From assembly GCA_963810095.1 (NCBI GenBank), contig CAWEMM010000012.1, positions 690,496 through 754,495 on the forward strand: a stretch of 64,000 bases of DNA. Direction: 5' to 3'. The position numbers and the translations under genes were made by a program. Every line of letters starts with the position of its first letter. The stretch's first letter is position 1. This document shows, one piece after another, positions 1 through 10,711 of this stretch. The notes below the pieces were generated by a model that was given only the letters and a program-made list of their open reading frames with translations, was not told where the DNA came from and did no database searches. The stretch is from an uncultured Chloroflexia bacterium. Its GTDB lineage: Bacteria > Chloroflexota > Anaerolineae > CG2-30-64-16.

Positions 1-1772
1 GGCCAGCGCGCCCCCTTCCAGCGGCTGGAACAGCCGCTCGGGCAGCGTGTCGTCCTGCCGGGTGCGCCCCTCCCGGGCATTGAACACCCGGGCGAGGTTA
101 TTGGCGCGCTCGCCGATCCGCATCAGCTCGTCCAGCGTGACATCCCAGCCCGGTGGCCGCATGCACCGTCTCCACCACGTCGGGAATCGCGATGAACGAG
201 CGCGGCGCGGGCCCGAAGTAGCACAGCCCGCTCGTCTTGCCCCAGTTGTTCCAGTGCTCCATCAGCGTGTAGTACTCGACCTTGCGCCGGCTGAGGTCGC
301 GCGGGGCCAGCGGCTCGGTCACGCCCAGCGGCTCGACGCCCTTGAACTGGAGGGAGTCCGGGTTGGCCAGCACGGGGTCGTGGAATGCCGTCAGGTGCTC
401 GGCGCCGGTCTCGGAGGTGGCATATGACAAGCCCACGCCCACCTTGCCGCGCGGCTCGTGCATGGCCAGCTCCTGCCCCTTCACCTGCATGGCAAAGAGC
501 GGTGCGTCGCCCCCGATCGCTTCCGCGGCCCGCTTGCTCCCTTCGGCCAGCAGGTTGCCGATGCCCTCCCGGCGCCCGATCAGCTCCACGCAGCGGACCA
601 TGGCCGGGGCGTTTCCGAAGCGGAGGTCGAGGCCGCCCGTGTCCTCCAGCCCAATCAGCCCGTGCTCGAAGCATTCCATGGCGAATGCGACGGTGGCGCT
701 GCACGAAATCGCGTCCATCGTGAAGCGGTTGCACAGCTCGTTGGCCTTCGCCACGGCCTGCAGGTCGTCGATGCCGCAGTTGGAGCCGAAGCCGGCGACC
801 GCCTCGTACTCGGGCCCGCCGTAGTTGTCGCTCACCTGGTACGCGGTCGCCGGCTGCGCCGCCGACCTTCACTTCGCGCTTGCAGCGCACCGCGCACGCG
901 TAGCAGCTGCGCCGGGCGCTCAGGATCTCCTTCTCGTAGGCTTCCCAGCGCAGGTTGTCGACGCCCTCGAACCCGCCGCTGCGGAAGTTGCGGGTGGGCA
1001 GGATGCCCCCGGCGTTCAGCCCCCCGGTGAGCCCCGGCGTGCCCTTCACCTGCAGGTCCCAGCTCAGCGGGTTCTCTTTGACCTCTTTGGCAAGCTTCTT
1101 GCCGAAGTTCGCGATCCACGGCCCATCTTCCGCCATGTCGACGTAGCGCGTGCTGCCGCGCACGGCGACGGCCTTCAGGTTCTTCGACCCCATGACCGCG
1201 CCCATGCCCGTGCGCCCGTTGAAATGGCGCAGGTCGTTCGTGATCGCTGCGAACCGCACGCCCTTTTCGCCGGCCTCGCCGATCTGCAGCACGCGGACCA
1301 GCTTATCGCCCAGCTCGCCGCGGATGGTCGCCTGGGCTTCCTCCGGCTCGCGGCCCCACAGGTGCTCGGCCGGGCGCAGCTCGACCTGGTCGTCCTTGAT
1401 CCACAGGTACACCGGTCGCTCGGCCCGCCCCGTGATGACCACGGCCTCCCAGCCGGCCATCTTGAGCTCGGGGCCCCAGAACCCCCCGGCCTCCGACTCG
1501 CCGTAGCCGTCCGTCAGCGGCGACTTCCCGATGGCCGTGAAGCGGGTGGCGGTGGAAAAAGGCGCGGCGGTCAGCAGTCCGTTTGCCAGGATCAGGATGT
1601 TCTCGGGGCCCAGCGGGTCGACATGTGCGGGCAGTTCTGATAGGAGCAGGTAGGCGCCGAGCGCTTTGCCGCCCGGGTACATGCGATAAGTCTTTTCGTC
1701 GAGGGTCTGCGTAGCGATTGAGCCGCTCGCCAGGTCGACGCGTAGGATTTTTCCGGTGTAGCCAAATGGCAT
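1..1772 (-). CDS. aor: Aldehyde:ferredoxin oxidoreductase (W/Mo AOR family); frameshifted, runs off window start
   Basis: ORFs 123..1772 and 98..835: GYTGKILRVDL, KSPLTDGYGESEAGG, GRTGMGAVMGSKNLKAV, CYACAVRC, GPEYE, VKGQELAMHEPRGK. Confidence 0.9.
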
Positions 1773-1786
1773 GATTGAGCCTCGGT

Positions 1787-2585
1787 TTATGAATGGTGCG
1801 GGTCGCCGGCGACGGGCTGCCCGAACTGGCGCGCGAGGAACCGGCGGGTGGCTTCGAAAAGCTCCCCGCGTTCGCAGTCGAGCGCCACGCAGTGCGTGGA
1901 CCGGTCGAGCCAGAGCAGTTCCTTATCGGTCGAGCCGACCCGGTCGTAAATCTCCTGCGGCGCGGCCGGGTCGACCGTGCGGTCCAGCCGGCCGTGGACG
2001 ATGAGGATCGGCTGGCGGATCTCGGGCAGCAGCGGGCGCACGGCAGCCTGCAGGCGCAGCAGTTCCCGGATGCCCCGTGCCGGCCGCACGTCGTATCCTT
2101 GCCAAAGCGCATCGGACTCGGCGGGCGCGCCGGGCTTCGGATGCACCATCACGTCGAAGGGCGCGAGCGCATACGCGGCCCGTTCCTGGAATGAGCTGAT
2201 GGCGAGCTTGAGCGCGGGCGCGTACGAGAGCACCGCCGCAATCTCCGGGTGGGTCGCCGCCAGGTGCAGCGTCAATGCCGCGCCCGTCGACTCGCCGCCA
2301 ACCGCAACCCGGCCGCAGCGGGTCTTCAGTGCCACGTACGACGGCTGTGACGGCCCGCAGCCAATCGCGCCAGCCGTAGTGCCCGAGGTCTTCCGGCTCC
2401 GTGCCGTGCCCGGGCAGCAGGGGCGCAGAGACGGTGTAGCCCGCCGCGTGCAGGTTTTCCGCCAGCGGCCGCATCTCCGCAGTCGTCGCGGTCAGCCCGT
2501 GCACGAGCAGCACGCCGTCCGGCCCCCCGTCCAGGCAGAAGGCGTCGCCGGGCAGGTGGTCGTTGACAAGAAGTCTCTTCGACAT
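1787..2585 (-). CDS. Alpha/beta-hydrolase carboxylesterase / monoacylglycerol lipase-like; frameshifted
   Basis: GVLLVHGLTAT, PLLPGHGT, GESTG nucleophile motif, HGRLDRTV, STH. Confidence 0.85.
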
Positions 2586-2597
2586 GCAGGATCCTTA

Positions 2598-2670
2598 CCA
2601 CTAAGACACAAAGAACCGAAGACGCACGAAGTGATTGTGCAACTTCGTGTCTTGGTGTCTTTGTGGTTAG
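2598..2670. repeat. Intergenic imperfect palindrome (ACCAC..AAGACAC...GTGTCTTTGTGGT type)
   Basis: accactaagacacaaag...cacgaag / cttcgtg...gtgtctttgtggt; related half-copies near 9722-9742 and 38395-38445. Confidence 0.6.
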
Positions 2671-2679
2671 TCGGACGAC

Positions 2680-3597
2680 TTATGGCAGCCACTTCTTTGC
2701 CAGCCGGCATACCATCGTGTAGGCCGGGTCGTAGACGTTGCCCAGGTCGTAGTCCACGCACTGGCCCAGGAGGATGCTCGCCTCCTGCATGGTGAGGCCG
2801 TAGTCGGCGGTCAGCCAGCGGAGCATTTCGGTCGTGGCGTGCTGCAGGGCCTGGTCGAGCGGCCGGGCGTTGCCAACCGTGAAGATGTGCTCCGCATTCT
2901 CGCCCCTGGGCCACCGAACCGGCGCGTGCGCCTCCTGGCCCTTGATCACCCGGAGGCGGAACTCGACCTCGAACGAAATCTCGATCCCCGTTCCCACCAC
3001 CTCGCCGTCGCCCTGCACCGCGTGCCCGTCGCCGATGAAGAAAAGCGCGCCCGGCACCGCAACGGGGAAGTATGCGGTCACGCCCGCACAGAAGCCCCGG
3101 TAGTCCATGTTGCCGCCGTGCGGTCCGGCCGTGGACGTGGAGATGGCCTGGCCGCCGGCGGGCGCGACGCCGAAGCAGCCCACCATCGGCGCAAGCGGCA
3201 GGGCCAGCCGGCCGAGCTTGGGGAACGGCTCCTGCGGCGTGGCACAGCCGGCCGCTGCGTCGACGTCCCAGATCAGCGTTTCGGCCTCGGGCAGCGAGGC
3301 GACAAAGCTCGGATCGACCACGCCGGGCGCGACGACGTCACGGGTGAAGCCGGTCGGCCGGTTGGGCGCCAGGCGGATGAGATCGACGGCCAGGGTATCG
3401 CCGGGCTCGGCCGGCTCGACATAAAAGGGACCCGTCTGCGCGTTCGGGCGGCCGCCAGCAAGCTGGCCGTGGTGGTCCCAGCCGTGCGCGTCGATGGTCG
3501 TGGTCACGACCGTATCGCCGTCGGCGACCGTGAGAACGGGCGGATGCGAGCCGAGCGTGTTGTAATAGCGGGTTGGTGCGAAGTGATGAGTCGTCAT
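2680..3597 (-). CDS. Acetamidase/formamidase family protein
   Basis: TGPFYVEPAEPGDTLAV, HGGNMD, GDGHAVQGDGEVVGTGIE. Confidence 0.9.
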   Translation of the reverse strand: MTTHHFAPTRYYNTLGSHPPVLTVADGDTVVTTTIDAHGWDHHGQLAGGRPNAQTGPFYVEPAEPGDTLAVDLIRLAPNRPTGFTRDVVAPGVVDPSFVASLPEAETLIWDVDAAAGCATPQEPFPKLGRLALPLAPMVGCFGVAPAGGQAISTSTAGPHGGNMDYRGFCAGVTAYFPVAVPGALFFIGDGHAVQGDGEVVGTGIEISFEVEFRLRVIKGQEAHAPVRWPRGENAEHIFTVGNARPLDQALQHATTEMLRWLTADYGLTMQEASILLGQCVDYDLGNVYDPAYTMVCRLAKKWLP

Positions 3598-3601
3598 AAC
3601 A

Positions 3602-4869
3602 CTAGCGTAACACCGGGATTGTGGCGTTGGCAAATGGCATGACGCCAATGCGCGCGCCGGATGGCAGGCGGGCCAGCGCCTCGTCCACGGCCTGCTGGAG
3701 CGAAGGGGCGGGGTTCAGCAGCAGGCGCTCGGCCAGGCTGCGGTCCATGTCTGACACGAACGTAAGGCGGACGCGGGCCGCGTCGCGTGCGATCTGCCAC
3801 GCCTTGTGCGGGCCGATCCGGTAACCCTCCGCCGCATAGCGGTCGAGCACCTGCTCGTGCGTCGTGAAGCCGCCGTCGAGCATCCAGCGCTCGTAGGCTG
3901 CGCTGCCCGTGCCTTCCCCGCAGGCCGCGGCCAGGATCACTGCGCCGCTCAGAGCGGGAACCAGCCGGGTCACCAGGGTGGCGTGCGCGAGGGCCTTTTG
4001 CGCCTGGTACAGGTTGATGTCCTTCGGATGGCCGCCGGGCGACACGATGACCAGGTCGAACGGGCGGCTGACTTCCACCGCGTAGATGGCGCGCAGCAGG
4101 GGGATGCCCGCCTGCATCACGTCGACCGGGCGCCCGGCCAGGACGTGCGCGATCTGCTTGTGGTCATTCAGGATCGCGTTGAGCGCGTAGTCCACCCCGA
4201 TCAGCCGCCCGATCTCTTCGACATCCTGCCGGCAGGGGTTGTCCGCGTAGGAGTTGATCTCGGCGCCGGCCGCGGTCATCATGGCATGGTTCGTGTTGAT
4301 GGTGGCCTTCGCCGTCAGGCCCACCGCCGCGCTCTTGACCCCGCCCGAGAAGCCCATGAACTGGTGCGGCTCGATGTTCCCCACGACCACCCGCAGGTCC
4401 GCCTCCCACCAGCGCCGGTTGACGCTGACGGGCGTGCCGCGGGCCGTCTCGCCGAGGTAGATCAGCTCGCCGTCCGCATTGCAGTCGTGGCTGTACACGG
4501 GGTAGCGGGCGAGGATCTCGGCCGGCAGGATGGCCGGGAATTCCTCGGGCGGCATGGGGGCGTGGGTGCCGGTCGCCACCAGCAGCGTGATGTTCTCGGG
4601 GAGGAACCCGAGCCCTTCGAGCCGGGCGAGCAAGGGCGGCAGAAGGTAGCGGTGGGGGACGGGCCGGGTCTTGTCGTTAACCGCGACGACAGCCCTCCGC
4701 CCTCGGTTCGTGGGCAGGGGCGCGGCGTCCAGGGCCGCCTCGACTGCCGCCAACGGATCGGGCGAGGGCGCGGCCTCGCGGGGCGCGAGCAACTCCACCC
4801 GGCGTCCAGCGCGGCGGGCAGGTCGAACTCGACAAATCCTTTCCCGTAGGGAAGCTGGTAGCGGGTCAA
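3602..4869 (-). CDS. larA: LarA-family nickel-pincer 2-hydroxy-acid racemase; frameshift near 5' end
   Basis: LPYGKG, VNDKTRPVP, ATGTH, IEPHQFMGFSGGVKS, GGHPKDINLYQAQKAL. Confidence 0.85.
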
Positions 4870-4876
4870 CGGCGCC

Positions 4877-5990
4877 TCATGCAAACAGCCGGATCAGCAG
4901 CAGGCTAAACAGCGCCAGGCAGCCGCCCACGGCAAAGCCGAGCGCGAGCGGCTTGAGCCCGGTGCGCCGGATGCTCGCGGCGTTGGTGCTCAGCCCGATG
5001 GCCGAGAGGGCGAGCAGGATGCAGAGCTTCGTCACCTCGTCCAGCAGCTTCAGCACGTTGGCGGCGGCTACCAGGCTGCCCGGGTCGTTCACGTTGACCG
5101 GTGTGAAGCCGAGCGCGTTGCCGAGCGACCGGACCAGGCTCATGCCGACGAAGCCGAGCACGAACCAAGGCACGATCTTGCCGATCGACAGCTTGACCGA
5201 CGCATCCCGCTTCTGCTGCGCCCGGGCGTACACCAGCCCGATGCCGAGGATCAGCGGGGCCATGAGCGTGTTGCGCACGAGCTTGACCACCGTCGCAACG
5301 TCGCGTGCCGCGTCGCTGAACGCCGCGCCCGCGGCCACCACCTGCGACGTGTCGAGGATCGCAGTGCCGGCCCACAGCCCGAAGATCCGGTCGCTCATGC
5401 CCACCAGGTAGCCGAACGTGGGGTAGAGCAGCACGGCCAGCGTGCCGAAGAAGGTGATGGTGGCGACCGCATAACTCACATCCTCGTCCTCGGCCTCGAT
5501 GACCGGGGCCGTCGCAATGATGGCGGAGTTGCCGCAGATGGCGGTGCCGACGCCGATCAGCGCGGCCAAGCCGGGGGCGGATACGGAGGGCGCGCCCCAG
5601 CAGGTAGGCGAGCGACAGGGCAAAAGCCACGCACGCGAGCACCAGCAGCAGCGCAGACCCGCCGATGTTGATCACGTCCTGGAAGCTGAGCCGCACGCCC
5701 AGCAGGATAATGCCAAAGCGCAGGATGCGGGTCAGAGCGAACTTGATGCCCGGCTCGAAGCGGGCGGAAAACCCGATCGCGTTGCGGACGAAGAACCCGA
5801 GCAGCACCGCGATGAAGACTTCGCTCACCGCCCGAGCGATCTCGGGCGAGGGGATCAGCCCGTGCAGGTAGCGCGCGATGAGCGCCACGGCCAGCACCAG
5901 GAACAGGCCCGGCAGGGCAGGGCGCAGCTCCGCGCCGATCTTGCGGAGCTCGGCAACAAGTGGATTGACGTGCGTTGTAGGGGCGATCAT
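4877..5990 (-). CDS. YeiH/UPF0324 (SuyZ-like) putative sulfite/sulfate exporter; frameshifted
   Basis: LRFGIILLG, GTAICGNSAIIA, GLWAGTAI.DTSQVVAA, KLVRNTL, VPWFVLGF; many TM segments. Confidence 0.85.
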
Positions 5991-6081
5991 GGCAGCTTCC
6001 CGACCTTCGGGGTTTCGACCGCGAGCAACCTGACCGGGTCAGGCGCTCGGTGAAACCCCGAAGGTCTCGGATTGGAGCGGG

Positions 6082-7230
6082 TTACGCGCTCTCGTAGAGC
6101 TTCGTCAGGACGAACTCGTCGTGGCGCAGGGCCTCGGCGGCGGTGAAGCGGCCGTTGATGGTGTGTTCCAGCACCTCCATCGCCTTGTCGGCGCCCTCGT
6201 CCAGGTTGATCTCGATGCGGAGGAGCCCGGTCAGGTCCACGTCGATGTGCTCGGACATCGTCGCGACGGTCAGCGGGTTCGCACACAGCTTGATGACGGG
6301 GATGATCGGGTTGCCGATGATGTTGCCCTGCCCCGTGGGGAAGTAATGGACGACCGACCCGGCTGCCGCGCACAGGGTGACCATTTCGGCCGCGGCCGAC
6401 GACGAATCCATGAAGTGCAGGCCCGGGCCCTGGGGCTCCACGGCCTTGTCGAGCACGCCCACGACGGTGCAGCGCCCCATCTTCTGGATGTTGCCCATGG
6501 CCTTCTCTTCGATGGTGGTCAGGCCGCCGCGGATGTTGCCTTCGGTCGGCTGCGAGCCCAGCAGGTCGACGCCCTTGCTCTTCACGAGCGCCTGGTAGTC
6601 GTTGAAGAACTGCATGAACCCGTCGGCCACTTCCTGCGTCGCGCACTGGTTGGCGATGATGTCCTCGCCGCCCGTGACCTCGGTCGTCTCGCCGAAGATG
6701 AGGGTTGCCCCAGCGTCCGCCAGCCGCTCGAACACCCGGCCGACCGTGGGGTTCGCCGCCAGGCCCGACGTGGTGTCCGACTCGCCGCACTTGGTGCTCA
6801 TGCACAGCTGGTCGACGGTGAACGGCTCGCGCTGCAGCTCGGTGGCGTACTGCACGAACTCCATGGCCTTGCGCGCCGCCATCTCGATGGTCTTCAGGTC
6901 GCCGTAGCGCTCGATGCTGAACCCGGCGACCGGCTTGCCCGTCTCGGCGATCGCATCGACCACCCGCTGCGTCCACTTCGGCTCGATGCCGATGACGATG
7001 GCCGCGGCCACGTTCGGGTTGCGCCCGGTGCCCGCCAGCGTGCGGAAGGTCAGCTCGAGGTCCTCGCCGAACTGCAGCCGGCCGTATGGGTGCGGCAGGG
7101 CCATCGTGCCCTTGATCAGGCTGGCAACGCCGTTGGCGGCGGCATTGGAGATGTCGTCGATCGGCAGGATGATGACGTGGTTGCGGACGCCGAAGCGGCC
7201 GTCCGGGCGCTTGTAGCCCAGCAGCTTCAT
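6082..7230 (-). CDS. suyB: (R)-sulfolactate sulfo-lyase beta subunit (UxaA family)
   Basis: GVRNHVIILPIDDISNAA, LPHPYGRLQFGEDL, KCGESDTTSGL, QPTEGNIRGGLTTIEEKA, FMDSSSAAAE, FPTGQGN match the SuyB subfamily as I recall it. Confidence 0.85.
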   Translation of the reverse strand: MKLLGYKRPDGRFGVRNHVIILPIDDISNAAANGVASLIKGTMALPHPYGRLQFGEDLELTFRTLAGTGRNPNVAAAIVIGIEPKWTQRVVDAIAETGKPVAGFSIERYGDLKTIEMAARKAMEFVQYATELQREPFTVDQLCMSTKCGESDTTSGLAANPTVGRVFERLADAGATLIFGETTEVTGGEDIIANQCATQEVADGFMQFFNDYQALVKSKGVDLLGSQPTEGNIRGGLTTIEEKAMGNIQKMGRCTVVGVLDKAVEPQGPGLHFMDSSSAAAEMVTLCAAAGSVVHYFPTGQGNIIGNPIIPVIKLCANPLTVATMSEHIDVDLTGLLRIEINLDEGADKAMEVLEHTINGRFTAAEALRHDEFVLTKLYESA

Positions 7231-7591
7231 TTCCTCCGGCTTCTTGCCGCCCAGGGCCAGCCGCTCGGTGTGCTTCTGGACGATTTCCGGCGCGGGCGCC
7301 TCTTCCAGGCTCCACGCGCATCGTCTTCAGGTTTTGCGTGTGGACGTGGCCGCCGCAGGGGATGGCCGCAGTCGTCTGGCCGATCGTGCGCCCGTACTTG
7401 AGCAGCTTGTGCCCCGCCGGCATGTCGCGCATCGCAACCTTGTGGCCCAAGGGCACGTCGTTCACGACCTTGAGGCTGCCGTGCTCCTGCCCCTCCAGCG
7501 TGACGACGCCCACTTCCTCGCCCGCGTGCAGGTCGCGCACCGCCACGCCGACATCGTCGATGAGTTCGTGAATCAGGATTCCGTGTGCCAT
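7231..7591 (-). CDS. suyA: Sulfolactate sulfo-lyase alpha (SAF) domain, probably fused to SuyB via a linker
   Basis: DDVGVAVRDL, DVPLGHKVAMRD, KYGRTIG, HVHTQNLKTMR(W). Confidence 0.8.
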
Positions 7592-7611
7592 GATGAGTGC
7601 CTTTCGTAAAC

Positions 7612-7718
7612 GGGATTGGAATGGGACTCAGTTAACTGATCAAACTGATCGACCTGATCTTTCTTGAATATCATGAAGATCAGTCCGATCCGTTCGATCT
7701 GTGTCCCATTCTGCGTTC
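7612..7718. repeat. Intergenic CTGATC/GATCAG palindromic repeat, copy 1
   Basis: ggactcag..aactgatc..ctgatc..ctgatc ... gatcagtccgatc..atctg; similar to 11642-11759. Confidence 0.65.
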
Positions 7719-7719
7719 T

Positions 7720-8936
7720 CTACAAGTCGATCCCGTTTTCGCGGAGCAGCTCGTCGATGAGCACGGGCTGCCCGGTCTTGACCGATTTTTCGGCCGCCGC
7801 GCCGACGACGATGGACCAGAAGCCCTCGGCGGCTGTGGCCGCTGTCCTTGGCGCACCGTCGATGTTGTCCACAAAGCTGACGTGCTCGAAGTAGGTCGCG
7901 CCGTGGTGGCCGCTCGCCTGGATGAAGCCGGGTAGCACGGCGTGCCGATGCGGGTGGGCTTGCGGTCGCCGCACTTGATCTCGATGGTCGTGTCGGGCTG
8001 GCCCGCCGGCAGGAAGTCCTCGTTCTCCGACACCTTCAGCCGGCCGTCGTCGCCGCAGAGCACCATCTCCTCGTAGAACATGGGCGAGAACATGCAGAGG
8101 TTGAAGGTGGCCCGCACGCCGTTGGCGTAGTTGACGATGACGAACGGCGTTGTCGATGATGTCCGACTTTTCGCCCTCGTACTCGAAGTCGAGGAAGTTG
8201 ACCGCCGCGCTGCCGCTCGCATACACGCTGACCGGCCGGGCGCCGGCGAACAGGTTCATCAGGTCGAAGTAATGGCAGCACTTCTCGACCAGCGTGCCGC
8301 CCGAGTACTTCGAGAACTTGTTCCACTGCTTCACCTTGTCGAGGAAGGGGAAGCGGTGCTCGAGGATGCTGATCGTCTTGATGTCGCCGATGGTCTTGCG
8401 CTCCAGCGCCTCGTGGATGGCCTCCACGTAGATGGGCTTGAAGCGGTACTGCAGCCCGATCTGGAAGACGGCGGGGTGCCGCTGCGCCATCTGCATGATG
8501 GCATAGGCGTCGCAGACCGTCGTCGCCATCGGCTTCTCGAGCAGGATGTGCTTGCCCGACGCGGCGGCCACCCGCACCACGTCGAGATGCGTGAAGTTCG
8601 GCGTGCAGATGATCAGGCCGTCGACCGCCGGGTCGTTGCACGCCGCTTCGAGCGAGTCGTACACGACCAGCTTTTCCCGCCCGGGCGGAACTGGGCGTGC
8701 ATCCCCTGGGCGCCGGCAATGCTCAGCGGGTTCGGGTCGTACACGCCGTGGATGACCGCGCGGCCCTCCATGCCCGTCACCCGGATGTGCTCCTGCCCGT
8801 TGACGCCCGTTCCGATCACGTTGAAGCGGTAGCGCTCCTCTGCCGGTGCGAAGAGGTAGCGGTCTTCGGCCGGGATGTACGCGAAGACGGGGCTCCGCGC
8901 AAAGACCTGGTTGCGGAATTCTTTACCGATTGGCAT
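7720..8936 (-). CDS. sqgA: Gfo/Idh/MocA-fold protein, probable NAD+-dependent sulfoquinovosidase (GH188); frameshifted
   Basis: VIGTGVNGQEH, TPNFTH, LEKPM, EHRFPFLDKV..WNKF, GGTLVEKCCHYFDL, HHGATYFEH; lies in an SQ cluster. Confidence 0.7.
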
Positions 8937-8951
8937 AGCGTTATCCTCGAC

Positions 8952-9616
8952 TTATTCGTACGGCGTCTTGTCCCAGAAGCTGCAGAACCGCTTCAGCCCC
9001 TCGTCCGTCCACGGGTGCTGGACCATGCCCTTGTACACCGCGAGGCCCGCAGGTCACGATGTCCGCCCCGGCCACGGCCGAGTCCACGATCTGCCGGCCG
9101 TTGCGCACCGCACTGACGATGATCTCGGTCGGGAACTCGTAGTTGTCGCGCATCATCACGATTTCCTGGATGAAGCGCACGGTTTCTTCGCCGGTCTCTT
9201 CCTTCCAGCCGATGAAGGGCGAGACGAACGTCGCGCCGAGCCGCATGGCCTGCAGCGCCTGGCTGCCCGAGAAGACGAGGGTCAGGTTGACGCGGATGTT
9301 CTTCGGCCCGCAGGCCGCGCAGCGCCCGGAACCCGGGCTCGGTGGCGGGCAGCTTGATGACGAAGTTGGGGCTGAGCGCGGCCAGCTTCTTGCCCTCGGC
9401 CACCATCTCGCGCCAGTCGTCGTAGTGCGGGTTGACCTCGACCGACACCGGCAGGTCTGTCCCCTTGAAGATCTCCGCGATCTCCTTGATCACGACCATG
9501 AACGGCTTGCCCGAAGCCTGCACGTGCCGGGGGTTCGTCGTCACGCCGTCGATCCCCACCATCTCCAGCGCGTACGTGATCTCGTCCGTGATCGCGCTGT
9601 CCAGGAAGAACTTCAT
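8952..9616 (-). CDS. sqvA: 6-deoxy-6-sulfofructose transaldolase (SqvA/SftT type); frameshifted
   Basis: MKFFLDSA, DGVTTNPRH..SGKPF, SVEVNPH, FVSPFIGWKE, AVRNGRQIVD: TTNPRH and GWKE as recalled for SF transaldolases. Confidence 0.8.
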
Positions 9617-9753
9617 CCTTGCCTCCGAATGTGTGTCGTCGCCCGCGGGACCAATGTCGAGGCTACCACAAGGTGCCCGATGACATGGCTTCACAAAGCT
9701 CTGCAACTATCGCCTGGCTTCCGTTTGTCTGTGTCTTTGTGTTAAAGTCATGT

Positions 9754-10702
9754 CTACCTGCCGCCGAAGCCCGTCGTTGCGACGCCCTGCACGAAGTAGC
9801 GCTGGGCGAAGACGAACACGATCAGGATCGGGATGAGCACCGCCGTCGACGCCGCGAACAGCAGCTCCCAGTTCCCCGTCATCTGCACGTCGTTGAGCGC
9901 GCGCAAGCCGAGCGCCAGCGTCCAGTTTTGCCGGCCGTTGATGTAGATCAGCGGCTGCAGGAAGTCGTTGTAGCTCTGCAGGAACGCGAACACCGCCACC
10001 GTCGCGATGACCGGCTTGGACAGCGGCAGGATGATGTTGAAGAGGATGCGGACGCGGCTTGCGCCGTCGACCAGCGCGGCTTCCTCCAGCTCCATGGGGA
10101 TGGTCTTGAAGAACTGCCGCATCAGGAACACGTAGAGCGGCGCCAGCGCCAGCCAGAACGGCACGGTCAGCGGCAGGTAGTTGCGCGGCAGGTCGAACAG
10201 CGTGCCCGGCAGGTCGAGCACGTTGCCCGGCTTCGTCCAGCCAAGCGTCCTGAACTCGATGAACATCGGGATCATCGTGATGATCTCGGGCAGCATCATC
10301 GTGCCGAGCAGCATGCCGAAGAAGAAGTCGCGGCCGGGCCAGCGCAGCCGGGCGAACGAGTAGGCCACCAGCGACGACGACAGCACCACGCCCAGCACGG
10401 TCAGGAGGGAGATCTTGAAGGTGTTGACCGCAAACGTGGCGAAGGGCAGCAGCTGCCATCGCGTCGGCGTAGTTGCGCCACTGGGGCACGGCCGGGATCC
10501 ACACGATCGGGTTGGCGAAGATCTCGGGCTGGCTCTTCAGCGACGAAGAGACCATCCACAGCGTGGGGCCCAGGAACGTGAGCAGGATCAGCGTCATCAG
10601 GACCTGCAGGCCGATGATGCCCAGCCGGTCCATCGTCTTGCGCCGCGATTTGGCGGCCGCGTATTTTTCGGTCTCGACCGTTGGCGTGGCAGGGATGTCC
10701 AT
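9754..10702 (-). CDS. CUT1 sugar ABC permease (MalG-like); frameshifted
   Basis: AYSFARLRWPGR, LEEAALVDGAS, PLSKPVIAT, FAQRYFVQG. Confidence 0.9.
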
Positions 10703-10711
10703 GGGGCGCTC

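Noticed and set aside
6121-7401. Long antisense ORFs here and elsewhere (e.g. 20830..22131 +, 11725..13248 +)
   Set aside because: Shadow frames of high-GC genes on the opposite strand
6082-7591. Altronate/galactarate dehydratase (uxaA/garD)
   Set aside because: Motifs and neighbourhood fit the SuyAB subfamily better
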